Assembly (NCBI RefSeq): GCF_032062105.1
Contig: NW_026934762.1
Span: forward strand, 1-61,426
Source: Saccostrea cucullata
Lineage: Eukaryota
Reading direction: 5' to 3'
DNA: 61,426 bases
The translations under genes were made by a program, and so were the position numbers. Positions 33,779-47,696 of the stretch are shown here, in pieces (position 1 is the stretch's first letter; each line of letters starts with the position of its first letter). The notes beneath the pieces are model-generated. The model was not told the DNA's origin and did no database searches. It worked only from the letters and a program-made list of their open reading frames with translations.

Positions 33779-36700
33779 AAAGAACTCTGTCATTTCTAGC
33801 TTCTTGTAAAAGGAACAAGTTGAAAATGGAACATGCAATCTCGTTTATGGACAAAGTGTTTTCTAAAGGACATGCAGAAAAGGCACCAGCGCTTAAGGAC
33901 GGGGAAGAGTGTTGGTTCCTACCGATCTTCGGCGTCTACCACGCAAAGAAGCAAAACCAAATACTTATGGTTTTCGATTCATCTGCAGTATTCCAGGGAC
34001 ACTCCCTGAATTCAGCTCTTTTAAGTGGACCCGACCTTACCAACAGTCTACATGGGATTCTACTAAGATTTAGAAAAGAGAAAGTAGCTGTGACTAGTGA
34101 TATTGAACAAATGTTTCACTCATTCAAAATTCGAGAGGATCACAGAAACTTTGTACGATTTATTTGGTTCACAGACAATGACCCAGATCTACCTTTAATG
34201 GAATATCGTATGTGTGTTCACCTATTTGGAAACTCACCTTCTCCGGCAGTGGCAACGTATTGTTTGAGACAATGTGTTAAGATCAAGGAGTGTGACCCAA
34301 GAGTTCGTGAATTCGTTAACAGAAACTTCTATGTAGACGATGGTCTCGCATCTTACCCAACGGAAGATGAAGCATTAGAAATCTTAAAGAAAACACAGAC
34401 TACACTCAAAGAAGAAGGAAACTTGAGGTTTCATAAGTTTGCATCAAACAGCTCGTATATCATGGATGTACTACCTCCAGGCGACAGGGCTAAAGATTTA
34501 TCTGACGTGGATTTACACTTAAATGCAGCACCATTACAACGGAGTCTGGGACTCATGTGGAATGTAATGTCTGACGCATTCACCTATCAATTTGTACCCA
34601 GGGTCAGGGACCCTCCGCTAACAAAGAGAGGAATTCTTTCATGTCTGAACAGTCTGTACGATCCACTTGGATTTATAGCCCCTGTGATTCTGCAAGGCAG
34701 ATTCTTATTTCGTGAAGTGATAAACTTACCTGTTGGATGGGATGACATGGTTCCATTGAATATCGCCAATGGACGGAAAACTTTGTGCAACACTTTACAC
34801 TATCTGTCGAGTTTACAGATTTCTAGAACTATCGTGCCAACTTCCCTGGGAGAAGACACTCGAAAGGAGATACACTTCTCAGATGCTTCAGAGAGAGCCG
34901 TTTGTGCAGTGGCTTACTTACGTGTGATACCAAATGACAATGCATCCATGCAGGTCGGATTCTTGATGGGAAAGTCGAAACTTTCACCCCAACATGGTCA
35001 AACAATTCCCAGACTTGAGCTGTGTGCAGCAGTGTTGTGTACAGAACTCGCAGCATTTGTGTTAAAACACATAGACACTACTATTCATGAAGTGAAGTTC
35101 TATACAGATAGTCGCATAGTCCTTGGATACATCTACAACCAAACCAAACGTTTCAATACTTACGTTGCTAACCGAGTACAGCGTATCCGTCAGCACTCAG
35201 CTCCAGATCAGTGGAACTATATTTCCACTGAGGAAAATCCTGCGAATGTCGGGAGTAGAGGAATTCTTGCGAATGAACTACCTCAGAGCATGTGGCTTCA
35301 AGGACCCGTTTGTTTACAACACAGTTATCTATCGGAAAAAGAGGATTTTCCACTTATTGACCCAGAAAAAGACAGCGAAATTAGAAACACTAACGTCGTT
35401 GTACAGAAAACATGTTTCAACGCCCATGAAGTCTACAACAGGATAGATAGATTTTCCTCATGGACATCCTTAGTCAGAGCAATTACCGTTCTCCGAAAAG
35501 CTGTGATGAGGAAACTTGGTTTACCATTGTTGGACCCTGTACACGTGAACAGTGCAACAGAACTGTTCCTAGTGAAACTCTGTCAAAATGAAACATTTTC
35601 TGCAGAAATCACAAACTTGGTCAATGACAAACCAGTATCTAAAGATAGCTCGTTACGCTACCTGGATCCTTATCTTCATGATGGAATCATACGACTAGGA
35701 GGGAGAATTCGTACTGGAGACGCCCTGTCTGACGAACACGGCCCAATCATTATTCAAGGAAAAACTTACCTAGCTCGTCTTCTCGTTCTACATTGTCATG
35801 GAGTTGTGAAGCACCAGGGAAGACATCTAACCGAGGGAGCCGTTCGCTCATCTGGATATTGGGTGATTGGTGGAAAGAGATTAATATCGTCAGTCATACA
35901 TTCCTGTGTTACTTGTAGAAAACTTCGAGGTAAACTGGAACATCAGAAGATGGGAAATCTTCCGTCACCTCCATTTACCTATGTGGGCGTGGACACATTC
36001 AGACCTTGGGAGATTGTTACGCGCAAGACCAGAGGAGGTTCAGCTAATAGCAAACGCTGGGCTATCTTATTCACCTGCCTGACAAGCCGAGTCGTACATA
36101 TAGAGCTAGTGGAAGATATGTCATCACCTACGTTTATCAACGCCCTCAGACGTTTCATAGCCATAAGAGGAAAAGTTAGAGAATTTCGCTCGGATAGAGG
36201 TACAAACTTTGTCGGCAGTACAGACGCACTAAGAATCACTGCAGTCAACATAGAAAGTTCACCAGTGAAGAAGTTCCTTACAGATAGCGGATGTTCTTGG
36301 ATCTTCAACCCTCCCCACTCTTCCCACATGGGAGGGGTGTGGGAGAGGATGATTGGCATCGCTCGACGAATCTTGGATTCTATGCTTCTAAAGGAAACAA
36401 AGAAAAACCTTACACACGATGTGTTAAATACCCTCATGGCAGAAGTTACTGCAATTATAAACAGTCGACCGATAGTACCTGTATCAACTGATCCGTCTCA
36501 ACCCTCTGTACTATCTCCATATACCTTGTTAACGCAGAAGACAGAACTAGACGTTGGACCATTTGAGCCATTTGATACAAAGGATATGTACAAGTCCCAT
36601 TGGAAATGCATACAAATCTTAGCCGACCAGTTCTGGAGGAAGTGGCGCTCACAGTACCTCCAGTTGTTACAGTCAAGACGCAAGTGGGTGGACTCTCGAA

Positions 36701-36807
36701 ACAATCTTACCGAAGGTGATGTCGTACTCTTGAAGGATCAAGACTCTGTCAGAAATGAATGGCCTATGGGTATTGTTGTCCGTGTCTTTCCAGGTAAAAG
36801 TGCGTAA
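33775..36807 (+). CDS. pol: BEL/Pao Pol: RT, RNase H (Pao peptidase A17 region), integrase; defective copy with a C-terminal frameshift
   Basis: GPDLTNSL, SDIEQMF, LFGNSPSP, FYVDDG, YDPLG, FSDASE, TIPRLEL, HQGRH...CVTC, VGVDTF, SDRGTNF, GGVWERMI, FWRKW. Confidence 0.93.
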   Translation: MKRTLSFLASCKRNKLKMEHAISFMDKVFSKGHAEKAPALKDGEECWFLPIFGVYHAKKQNQILMVFDSSAVFQGHSLNSALLSGPDLTNSLHGILLRFRKEKVAVTSDIEQMFHSFKIREDHRNFVRFIWFTDNDPDLPLMEYRMCVHLFGNSPSPAVATYCLRQCVKIKECDPRVREFVNRNFYVDDGLASYPTEDEALEILKKTQTTLKEEGNLRFHKFASNSSYIMDVLPPGDRAKDLSDVDLHLNAAPLQRSLGLMWNVMSDAFTYQFVPRVRDPPLTKRGILSCLNSLYDPLGFIAPVILQGRFLFREVINLPVGWDDMVPLNIANGRKTLCNTLHYLSSLQISRTIVPTSLGEDTRKEIHFSDASERAVCAVAYLRVIPNDNASMQVGFLMGKSKLSPQHGQTIPRLELCAAVLCTELAAFVLKHIDTTIHEVKFYTDSRIVLGYIYNQTKRFNTYVANRVQRIRQHSAPDQWNYISTEENPANVGSRGILANELPQSMWLQGPVCLQHSYLSEKEDFPLIDPEKDSEIRNTNVVVQKTCFNAHEVYNRIDRFSSWTSLVRAITVLRKAVMRKLGLPLLDPVHVNSATELFLVKLCQNETFSAEITNLVNDKPVSKDSSLRYLDPYLHDGIIRLGGRIRTGDALSDEHGPIIIQGKTYLARLLVLHCHGVVKHQGRHLTEGAVRSSGYWVIGGKRLISSVIHSCVTCRKLRGKLEHQKMGNLPSPPFTYVGVDTFRPWEIVTRKTRGGSANSKRWAILFTCLTSRVVHIELVEDMSSPTFINALRRFIAIRGKVREFRSDRGTNFVGSTDALRITAVNIESSPVKKFLTDSGCSWIFNPPHSSHMGGVWERMIGIARRILDSMLLKETKKNLTHDVLNTLMAEVTAIINSRPIVPVSTDPSQPSVLSPYTLLTQKTELDVGPFEPFDTKDMYKSHWKCIQILADQFWRKWRSQYLQLLQSRRKWVDSRNNLTEGDVVLLKDQDSVRNEWPMGIVVRVFPGKSA

Positions 36808-36928
36808 AATCGAACTCCGTGTAGTGAGAAATGATCGTGTCGTCAACTACGTTAGACCCGTTACAGAAGTGGTTTTGCTGTTTTCACCATAGAGACTGTT
36901 TGCGATGTTGGACATCACAGGCGGGGAG

Positions 36929-37359
36929 TGTGCCGTTTCACGGCTTATATGTATATATGTTCGTAGACTGTTTTGTGTTATTCCGTATTTGTCCGTGTGA
37001 AATGTTTTAATCTACCGTTTATATCCGAACACTACCTGTGTTACTATTCAGTGTTTCTCGTGCATTCAAGATCGCAACTGGCGCCTCGGCAGCACCACCG
37101 TTTTTCTATCATGTTTGAGACTTTAGAGCCACTATAGAGTAAGTTAATAATGAAAAATCAATTTAATGTATATTCTATTTATATAAATTCAGTTAGGAAA
37201 TATTTCTTTGTGTAAATTTAATTTTAAACTTGCAAAATTCAGTGCCAATGTCAGTGATGTGTATTCAGTCTTGTTTTGTTCTTTTTGTTTGTAGCCTTTA
37301 TCGTAAGATCATCTATGTTTCAACTGAATAAAATCTTAAACGATGATTGAGGCGTTATA
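36929..37359 (+). repeat. 3' LTR of the BEL element
   Basis: Near-identical to 28942-28970 joined to 30029-30430. AATAAA at ~37327. Confidence 0.95.
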
Positions 37360-37540
37360 CATTGGCTGAATCATTCAGAGGAACATATAATATTTTGGCT
37401 AAAATAACTTGCCTACGTGACAATGAGTAACGTCAAAAACGTATAACTCCGCTTGACGTTACTTTGAAAATAATGCTCAATTTGAAGTCTTTTTTCCGTT
37501 GGAAATATTGTCTCAATGTCTACACTGGAATTAAATTATG

Positions 37541-37693
37541 AGGAATGAAGCTAATTGCAACTTATCTTATCCGATATAACAAAACTTGGGACAGTTTACG
37601 CTTTTCTATGAACCGCTTTGCGGTTTATAAAGCGTAAACTGCTCCAAGTTATGTTATATTGGATAACATAAGTTGAAATAAGCTTCATTTCTT
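37541..37693. repeat. ~150-bp imperfect palindrome
   Basis: GGAATGAAGCT...CAGTTTACGCTTT...AACCGC-TTT-GCGGTT...AAAGCGTAAACTG...AGCTTCATTTC. Confidence 0.85.
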
Positions 37694-39089
37694 AAACAAA
37701 AGAAATGATACTAATTCAAAATGATTTCAATTTTTCTAGTTAGATTTAGAAATCCAAAAAAAAAAAAAAAAAAAAAAATTCAAAGGATAAAGTATAATGA
37801 AAGGATAGTCGAATCAAGATTTGATTAAATGTCGTAAATGTTTGTCTATTTTTTTCTGTAAATCTCTTAATCGGTTATGAATATTCAATATTATAAGCAT
37901 GTATATGTATGAGCAATCAATCAATTAAATTAAAAACGTCGATTTCAGTCAAAATGCTTTTAATTTAAACAAGAATACATTTATTTCATTTTTAGAGCTC
38001 ATTATAGATGTCATTATTCTTTCTATAGTGCTAATATATTGAACAATGAGACATAGACGCATTTAGATGAAGGAGGTCCATAGGAAATGCCTTTAAATAT
38101 TTCGAGAAAATAAAAACATTGATATCACTTTATTAGCATGAGTTTTAATTGAATGAAAATTCTAATATTGTATATGTAAGTATGGAGTCTCTGCCGAGTT
38201 CAGCCAAAGCGACTTAACTTACATCAGCTTTTGTCATATGTTTAAAATAAGAAAAAAATATATGTATATGTATGTCATAAAAGATCGTAAAGGTTCACGA
38301 ATATACGGAAAAGTAGTCTATGACGCCATCTCACTCAGTAGAGCGAATAATGTTATAATGAAAAGATAAGTGACACATTGATTTACATTGATAATATTAA
38401 TGAGAAATGACTATTTAAGAGTGTATGAAAAAGAAAATTAGTATTTATTCGCCGAAATTCATTTGAGGTTTTTCCGTGACGTCATAATCAATTTTCTTAG
38501 GCTCTGCATAGACTAATTTATCTATACAGGAGACTTTAACCAAGCTGAAAATACATAATATCATTTACATCTTTTCTGGAAAAACCTTGATAATATAAAT
38601 TTCATTTCTTAATTGTAAAAACCAATGAGTATTTTACCTTTGAAAGACATCGTTTTAAGATCATTTTGCATGAATAGAAAAAAAAAATTATGTCCCTCTT
38701 GTAGAAGAAACTTAATATTCTTGATTTTAGCTTGAAATGGATACTGTTTTGAAATTATTTGACTAATTTGTGGATAGAATAATTTTTTTCCCACATAAGC
38801 ATAGTACCGTGGCCCATCCTTAGGACCCCTCTTACTTCATCTATATTACGTCTTACCCACAATTTGCTATCTTTGTGGTACGCTACCTACAAAAATTCAC
38901 ACTGAAAACAGCCCTTTTGTTTAGTTAAGGCCCTCTAGTGGATGCTAATTCCTGGTTGTTGTGCCTGTCCAAGTTGGGTTTTTTTTTGTGTGTGTCTCGT
39001 TTGGAGTAGGCGGGGTATTTCATCGATTTCATGAAAACATGCAATATGGCTCCAGTTATTATAGTCCAAATCAATTCGAGTACATAAAC

Positions 39090-39415
39090 ATGAACTGTAT
39101 TACAAAAACAGGAACTCTTTTACATAAACTATTACATTAATAGAAACTCTATTACATTAATAGGAGCTCTATTACAAAAAGGGGACCTCTATAACATTAA
39201 CAGGAACTGTTTAACATTAACATGTACAGATACTCTTTTGCATTAACAGGAACTTTATTATAAAACACAAATTCTATTACATTGACAGGACCTCTCCTAC
39301 GTTTACAAGAACTCCATCACATTTACAGGAACTGTATTACATTAACAGAAACTTTAATACATTAACTGGAACTCTAATAAAAAAACAAGAACTCTGTTAT
39401 ATTAGCAGAAACTCA
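39090..39415. repeat. Degenerate ~21-bp minisatellite
   Basis: AGGAACTCTATTACATTAAC-like unit, about 15 copies. Confidence 0.85.
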
Positions 39416-42400
39416 ATTGAGCGGGTCATGGTACTTTTTTACTATACTGACACTTCATAAGCTTTTATCTGGATATGTTCTCATAATTAAACATTCATCT
39501 TATAAAGAGCTAAAAAAAATACCTGTTGAATACACGCTAGTTTTCATAAAATATAAATTTCTGAACGATAAAATCATACATTTATTCTTGCTAAACATAC
39601 CTTACAATTCTCTTTTCTACGGAGATTGCCGAGCGAACGCGAAATTTTTGAGAATATACGAGACTTTAACAGTGTGACGTCACATGAAGAACAAAATTAG
39701 CGGACGCTTCTTTCAACAGCAACATCGACAATTCTTTACCAGAGACTATAAATGAAATAGATAGCGGGGAAGATAATAATCAAGGGGAGCGTATGGGAGT
39801 CAGGCCTTATCGGTTTGAGTCTCGAAGAGCTGACAGAATTGCTATTGTCGGGAACAGCGCGGCTCAGGATTCCGGTCAACTCAGAGAGGAGTAGGATCTT
39901 TAGTGGTTTGTGATTATAGTGATAAACGCTTGTTCAAATTATGTCTTATTTATTGCAAATAAATTAACAGTACCATTAAGTTGATGTTATAGTTCATTTC
40001 AAAACATGACATTTACATCCTGGCTCATTTTTGTCCGATTCGATTTAACTACCGCCTGCCACGCCCCCCTTTCACTGCACGAACTTTGACATTTTAGAGG
40101 TACTTCTGAGAAATAGGTTAGACACTTTCCCTTTAGCGTCGAATAATTAATACATAAGTTTTATGAACCAACCTTACATACAAGAATCATAGGTGCTTGT
40201 TTTAGGAGGGTATATTTTTGCGCATTATGCGGGTTTTTGTGTCTTGATTACTTCTTATATAAAGAACAAAAATCGCTGAAATAGCACTTTTCACAAATAT
40301 CACATATATGTCATAATAATTTAAAATTTGCTATTTAAGCATTTTTTGTTTTTATTTGAACAGTGCTATTTCAGCATTTTTTGTTTTTATTTTAACGATA
40401 GTTTTTAGACACACTTTGAAACCACCCCCTGCAATAAAGTGTCTATGACAAGAACCACATAGCAAACCGTAAAAGGGAATACGTCAATTATCATACTTAT
40501 TGATTTCATTTGTAAATATCCTTTGCATAGAAGGATCCAAATCAAGGTATATGTACTTACACGTAATTTCACTAACAAAAGTACATGTTTATTTAAGTCT
40601 ACAGAATTCCAGTCTTTGACTTAAAGAAATGTTCCATGTCAAAATGCAAGGCTCAGGCAGATTCTCAAAATGAAAGGGGTTGGAATGGTATAGTTAGACA
40701 TCAAGTGTCTCATGTTGACTTCACAGGATGGTATTATCGCCAGACTGCACAATTTTTCAAACTTTCCTTTGTAACGAGTTGTACCTGGTAAACATTCAAC
40801 ATCTTTTATTTAAAACATTTCATACCTAAAACAAGAGTAAAGACCTCCCAAATTGGCAATGAATAATCAATATAAATGCATGTAGGTGTACATGTGGTAC
40901 ATGTAAAAATTAAACGAAGCAAATGAACAGACCAATCAAGATTTTATTTGTATAACATCATTTCCTGGATTTCAAAGTGTTTGTTTAGATCCATGTTTTC
41001 TAAAACAGTGTTTCTAGAATGTTTTTTTGTTTATTATGCTTGCTATATTATATTTTCTATATTATGCTTACCCACAAAAATGGGGAAGGATACAGAAACC
41101 CAAGCAACAGTGAATGTCTTAATACATAAAACTATAGCATGATAATGAAATACATATAAAAAAAATAAATATTCAGCCATTGTAATAAATCTCCAACATA
41201 TTTTATATGTGCAAATGTAACGGGAATCCCGGCAATAATAAGTGGAAGAACATTCTAATTTCTTTCATAATTTATATATTAACAATCATTGGCTCTGAAA
41301 TTAAGATAAAACATACAATAACATTATACTTATACAATAAAATATAATACATGTAGTAGATATACATAGGAATCATTATTCAAAAAGTGTCATAAATAAA
41401 TATTTCACTCTATGGAAAACTGTTACACTTTACATATACAAAGGGCAATGACTCTTACAAGCTTTATCTTTAAAATTACTAGCCACAATCGAGAAGAGTT
41501 ATTTTTCATATATAACCAAAATAATAAAACAGTAATGCATACCGGTTTGTGGAACCAAGTCAATCTGACATACTGTATGGATCTTTCAGATATGGTGTTA
41601 CACTATATCAATTATAAATAAATTCCTAAAGATATATTTTTTACAATAACTCTGTATTTGCACCAAAATACTTCTTATGAAAATATTTACTTATACACAT
41701 TTAATATGATCTGAATATTTTAACTCATAAAGATTAATCAAATTTATCCACATCTGATCTAATCATAGACATAAAATATTTTATACACAGTTTTTACAAA
41801 GTATCAAATTTTTAATTTCTTATGTATATCGTAATTCATTTTCTAATATAGACTAAAAATTCTTAAAATATTATTATTTAAAAGTTTCTGTACTGTTTCT
41901 GTCAGTAAGTCATTAAGATTTCAAATAATTCACCAGATCTAGCTTTCTACGTCTAAAGACTGAGATTTTTCAGAACTGAGTAATTATCACTCACTGGACA
42001 ATGTAAAACCCTTGACCAATGAAATGTAAATATTCAACCAATGAATGGATGTCTGTGTGAAATGTATAGGTGGATCAAGAGGGATGGGTGGTAACACTTA
42101 ATACCTCATTAGTAATAAAAAGACTTTAGATTTTAATTTTTTTTAACTATTTTAAATTTATTCTATTCATTTATCATTTATTAAATTATTTAATAAAACA
42201 TACATCTACTACATAAAGCAAAGTCTTTACAAAAATGTTTAATATTTTAGGAAGTTTAGATTAGTGGCTTATCGTCAATTATTAAGATGGTGTTGGGGTT
42301 TCATGGGAAAGAACAACAGTACAACTTTACCAGCCTGTGTAATGTCACACATTAGAAATGCATTTCCTGCAACTGAATGCACAGTATATAACTTTGAGTG

Positions 42401-42983
42401 GCCAAATAACTAGAATTCTAGTAATTGCCATTCCAACAATAAAAAAAAAACAGTTGAATGTAGCATTTCTCCACAAAGATGTTTAAGCATTCTGCACAAT
42501 GGTTTCTATGGGGTTAATCAAAATGCAAAAATATGTGTAACTAGTAACAATTTCAAGTGGTTGAAACAATCAAGTTAGATTAGTACAAAGCACAATATAT
42601 AAACACAAATAGATGTTTCAAGTGTCATCATCTGTTATATCTGGACACGAACATCTCCACAGCCTCTGCCTTGTTCGGTTGATCTGCATTAGTGGATAGA
42701 AAATTAGGTTCCCTTGCACATAGATTATTGATGGAATCTCGTGAAATTGCCATTTTTGTCAGTTTGTGAATATCTTAATAAAGAATTAGATTTTAATCTT
42801 TTATTTTTGAGAAAAATAATTTAAAAAAAAAGATAAAGATACATCAGATACTGGTACAAAGGCCTCCTGACAATAAATGATACGTTCAATAAAAGAATCC
42901 CACTAACATAATGGCATTCCTTTTTTTTTTTACAGTATCTAGGGTTCGCCTGTGCCTGGCTTATAAATCCCCACCAAAAAAGC

Positions 42984-43131
42984 NNNNNNNNNNNNNNNNN
43001 NNNNNNNNNNNNNNNNNNNNNNNNNNNNNNNNNNNNNNNNNNNNNNNNNNNNNNNNNNNNNNNNNNNNNNNNNNNNNNNNNNNNNNNNNNNNNNNNNNNN
43101 NNNNNNNNNNNNNNNNNNNNNNNNNNNNNNN
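42984..43131. other. Assembly gap (148 N)
   Basis: Run of N. Confidence 1.
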
Positions 43132-45351
43132 TAGGTAAATTGCTCATTTTTTTGACATTTGAAAATATAATTTCTATAGGTTAATTATCCGTATTTTTTT
43201 TTTACCCGTTAAAAGTAGTTCATTATATATTCAAACAGAGGAAAATATCCAATCCATCCTTTGTTTTGTGCCTTAGTTGTAATTTTTCATTTACAAAAGA
43301 AAACGTATGAATTATCAGCATATACATATTTTGAGAACGATCGCGAGACCTTTAGTTAAAATACCTGCATGTGTTTCCTAGTACAATTTCAAAGTTTCAT
43401 CATCTTCGTACCTTGTTTCAAAAAATCAATGATGTACATTGTATGGGAGTTGCTCTTCCTTTCCTGTCTTGTTTTCATATAAATATATAGAGCTTTAATA
43501 GTTACTACTATGCAGAGTGCCTTCATGCAAAAGTGGTTATTAGTGTTTTATCATTAGTCGTTTGATTTTGTCGTATGACAGTAATTATTTTTTAAGTATT
43601 AAAATTTCTTTTTCTCTGGAATAGGTTCAAGCTTGATTGTAAATTTTTCGAAAAGTAAAAAATTTTTCAACTGATTTATAAGAGTAAATCATAATATCCT
43701 GAGATTAAAGAGATCGAATGAAACATTTGTATATCTGTAAAATATCTAGCCTGACTATATTTCAGATTCAAAGCTTCTTTCTCATGTCAGGATACATCAG
43801 ATAAAAAACATTTCTTTTAAATTGAAAAGCCACTCTTTAATATAAAAAAGCACCAGATTTGATATTTGTCTCTAATGAAATGATGATTATGTATTTTGCC
43901 TTCAACAGGTCTGATTTTAAACTTTAAGATAATAAAAACACTTCACATTAAATTTGGAAATATATTTCTTAAGCAGATCAAAAATAAAAGGTTTATTTAA
44001 GATGAAAAAAAATCTTGTGCATTCTTCACAAGTTCATATCAACAGTTTATTTGTATTTCGACAGTGTTTTGACATTTGACAACAAGCAAATAGTAATTCT
44101 TGATAATTGGACACTTGTGACCTGTTAAAATTAGAATCCTAACGACGAGGGTGAGACAGCAGTTGACCCAATCTTTTGCCTCCTTTTGACTTATAATAAC
44201 GACGACAGGTGGCGCTGGGTGACTGAGAGAAACTACACGTACTATACAGGAGAAGACGGACTATTTAATTTGAAGCCAGAAAAGCATTCTTGTACATAAT
44301 GTTTCATTTTCTGTAAATTAATACATGTATAAACATTTGCCACCATTATTTTTTAAAATAATTTCATTGAACATGGTTTAAAGAATTCTAGATAACTACA
44401 AGCATTCTCAAGATTATGTAGTATAGTATATTCGTCTCTTCGAAAGAGATCTAGATCAATCCTCATGATTTCAAATAATCTATGAATAGCATATACATGG
44501 AGACAAAATGTACATTTTATATTATAGTGTCTCGTTATCTTTGCAAGGAAACTTACAACTCAAATCTCTTCTCACTATACGTATATTTTTTTAGCAAACA
44601 ACTAAGTGCTTTTTAATAATTTCTAGGCACTTGTAATCCAAGAACCAGGGGTAGATATATCGTGTTCTAACGGTCGGTCTGTCTGTCTGTCTGTCTGTGA
44701 TTTTTTTTCTCATTTATATGTAAGTGGAAAAATAGAATAGTTCTGACTTAAACCTTTGATTGGTTTGAACTATGGATTTCAAAATTCACGGGTGTATAAA
44801 ATATTAAAGGACCTTTTCTTGGGATTAAATATTTTATTAGACTTTTTGACCTTCATTTTGGCACTTTTGGGAAATTTAAGCCTTGGTCATATGAATTCTG
44901 GCTTTCATATTTCAACGGGTTATTCCATGCGTAAAACGTCACCAAAGAAAAAGTGGGAAATGAGCTTATCTTTCCACCGTGACAATGTGCTAACACCACG
45001 AGCTGAGAATCTACTCATGCTGGACAAAAATGAAATTAAAGAACCGCAAGAAATTAATGTTAGCAAGTGTGACAGTGTAACATAAGATAGGAATACGTTT
45101 ACCTCACATACTGCCGATTTTCATACATTTTACACATGCCAGAAACGTAAACAAAATGTTTTAGTGTAGCTATTTAAAGATGCGTAAGGTCGAGTGCATG
45201 ACGGTCCCAGTGATAATTAGGAGAACAGAGATGGACGTCAAATGCTTAAAGTACTTTCTGAGAGGGATCTCTCAACTGTAACGATTATCATTTCAATGAT
45301 AAATGGTAGATATCTGGGTCCCCGTTGTTTTCACAATACGAATGGTCTTGT

Positions 45352-45510
45352 TAATGAAAAAGATGAAGATAACGAACAGAATTCAATAACAAAACTCCAT
45401 AAAACAATATCAACTAGGAGGAGACAATACACCGATCTTCAAAACATCGGAGGCGGGATAAAAGGCCGTGGAAGATAGAGCATCCCCTGCCAATCGGTTA
45501 CACCCGCCAT
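45352..45510 (-). repeat. Second copy of the dispersed repeat seen at 7310-7458
   Basis: GATGAAGATAACGAACAG...GAGCATCCCCTGCCAATCGGTTACACCCGCC. Confidence 0.45.
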
Positions 45511-45720
45511 TATGTTTCTTGCCATGGTTAAGGAATAACGGAAAATTCCGTGCTCAATTCAGTGTATAAAAATTGGCTATCACTTAGTATGCAAAACATG
45601 AGACAGCATTAGACTCAATGATAAATTGTACTTGCTGACAAGGTCATTGTATCGATCATAGATCTTACAAAATGAGGACTTAAATGATACTACTGAAAAT
45701 TGTCTTTCATCACCTTGTTT

Positions 45721-45910
45721 GCTCGGGTATGTTAAGGAAGCATTTAAATCATTTCTCGGGAAATTTAGACTTTTTAAAGATAATTAAGTTTGACAATTTA
45801 CCAAGCCACTGATAAACGTAAACTTTCATTAACTATTGCATAAAGATAAAAGAGTGTCTAACGTCAAGATGTGCGCCACCACCACCACTACATCACGCGA
45901 CTTTTATTTA
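45721..45910 (-). repeat. Inverted copy of ~6400-6586
   Basis: CGGGTATGTTAAGGAAGCAT...ATTGCATAAAGATAAAAGAGTGTCTAACG matches the reverse complement of that region. Confidence 0.8.
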
Positions 45911-47621
45911 TAACGAAATGTTCCCTAATAAAAAAAGGTATAGCGAGAATACGTACTTAAATGGCAGACACATGTATATGAAAGGAACAATTTTCTTAAT
46001 CACGCAATATAATTTTTGAAGCACCAAGCATATTGCCTTATCTTGGGGAGTTTTTCAGATTGCAACATTTTTTTGAGTTTGAAAGGAGAGATATGTACAA
46101 AAAACATGTTCTTGACATTCAGATACAAGTAATTGACATAAATCTATTAAAATTTGCCTTGAATGCACACTGATGAAGTGACAGTAATCTGTGTTCAACA
46201 GCATCTACTACGATTTTCAGGTATCTTTAATTCATGATCTTTACAACTAATTACATTCGATAAAATCTCTTGATTGGTTTTGAGATGACGGTTTAAAAGA
46301 TACATTTTATTTATTGTATCACAGTGACATCTAATTTTTGTTTTGATCTAATTTTAGCATACAGTTGAGAAATAATTTGAGAAATTTATCAAGAAATCTC
46401 AATTAGGAAGTCATGATATTATATTTCTTGGTATTTCTCTTGACAACGCTTATTAACTGTTTGTTTAAAATTGTGTCCCTTCCTTCTATATAGCTGAGAC
46501 AGAATAAATAATCTCTCTATTGATTAAATGCTGTTGGAATTTGATCATTATACCTGCGGATGTGGTGATTGACAACAGATATATATTTGATATTGGTCCA
46601 TCAGTCAATTGTACAGGACCTTAAAAATAAACCAAAAAAGAACAATATCACTATTATCGGACACTTGAATTCAGATACCATCTTGGAACTAGTTGATATT
46701 AAATTGCTAAAATATATACTTTTTACTGATGCTACACTTTGTGCCAATATTACATGTATATGTTTTTCAGTTATTTATAAAAAAAAAATTAATCTTCAAT
46801 GTTCCATGCAAATTTTCGATCTGCAAAGAAGTCAACAAAACAACCATTTTTTTTTCGTAATTACAAAGAGAACTCTGTTTACGTTTTTTTTACTACTCTT
46901 CCCCTCATCCGAATTCTTCAGCATTGGATTTTCCTTACAATTACACCTGGAAATATTAAGTTGCTTCTCTTCATACCAAGATATTAGAAAACTGTACATA
47001 CAAATACAAAATATTATTATTAGAAAACTGTAAATCATCTTTCTAATAACTCAATGATCATAACGCGTATGTTTCAGGAACTATGGACAGTATTTTTTTC
47101 CCCACAAAAAATGTTTAAATATCTCTGTGTATTAAAGAATAGTTTTTCTAAAAAATCCATTACAATCCATTAAAAAAATTCTAGTAGGAAGACAATATCA
47201 AGTATAATTCAATCTCAGGTTATCTTTTTGTATTGATTGGATGTTCTCATTAAATGCTTCTCTCGATCGTATATCTTTATAAATAATGATAATTGATGTT
47301 TCATCATACATGTATAAAAACTATTTCTAGTGCACAGATATTATTGATTAATTTAGTTGCAACATAAATGTTTACAATCATTGTTGGACGACACAGTTTA
47401 TGAAAATGTCAAATAAAGTTCAAGAAATTAAAAGCAAATGTCTTAAAAAATATAACAACTTAGGGAACACACTTTCGCCTAAAGCATATATCAATATTTA
47501 TCCAATAATTAGGTATACCTATGTATTAATAATATATTGGAAAATGTATGTCAAAAATGAAATAAATTTCTTTTTAGATTTATTAGCAAAATTAATAAGG
47601 ACACGAGATGCTATAAACATA

Positions 47622-47624
<3 letters not shown>

Positions 47625-47669
<45 letters not shown>

Positions 47670-47696
47670 CCTCCCCCCCTCTCTCTCTCTCTCTCT
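47625..47696. repeat. (CT)n microsatellite, interrupted
   Basis: Directly visible. Confidence 0.95.

Larger units (their letters stand above)
28942..37359 (+). mobile_element. Full-length BEL/Pao LTR retrotransposon with two nested insertions
   Basis: LTRs at 28942-30430 (interrupted) and 36929-37359 (431 bp). TSD CATTG at 28937-28941 and 37360-37364. Polypurine tract AGGCGGGGAG at 36919-36928. Confidence 0.95.

Noticed and set aside
42630-42755. 41-aa minus-strand ORF MAISRDSINNLCARE...
   Set aside because: No recognisable motif or splice support; cannot be separated from chance.
42821-43147. ORFs spanning the N run, and an MSNL start matching the FReD start (AAATTGCTCATTTTTT)
   Set aside because: Gap artefacts; the 16-bp AT-rich match does not extend.
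44202-44217. CTCF-like motif ACGACAGGTGGCGCTG
   Set aside because: Single imperfect match with no supporting context.
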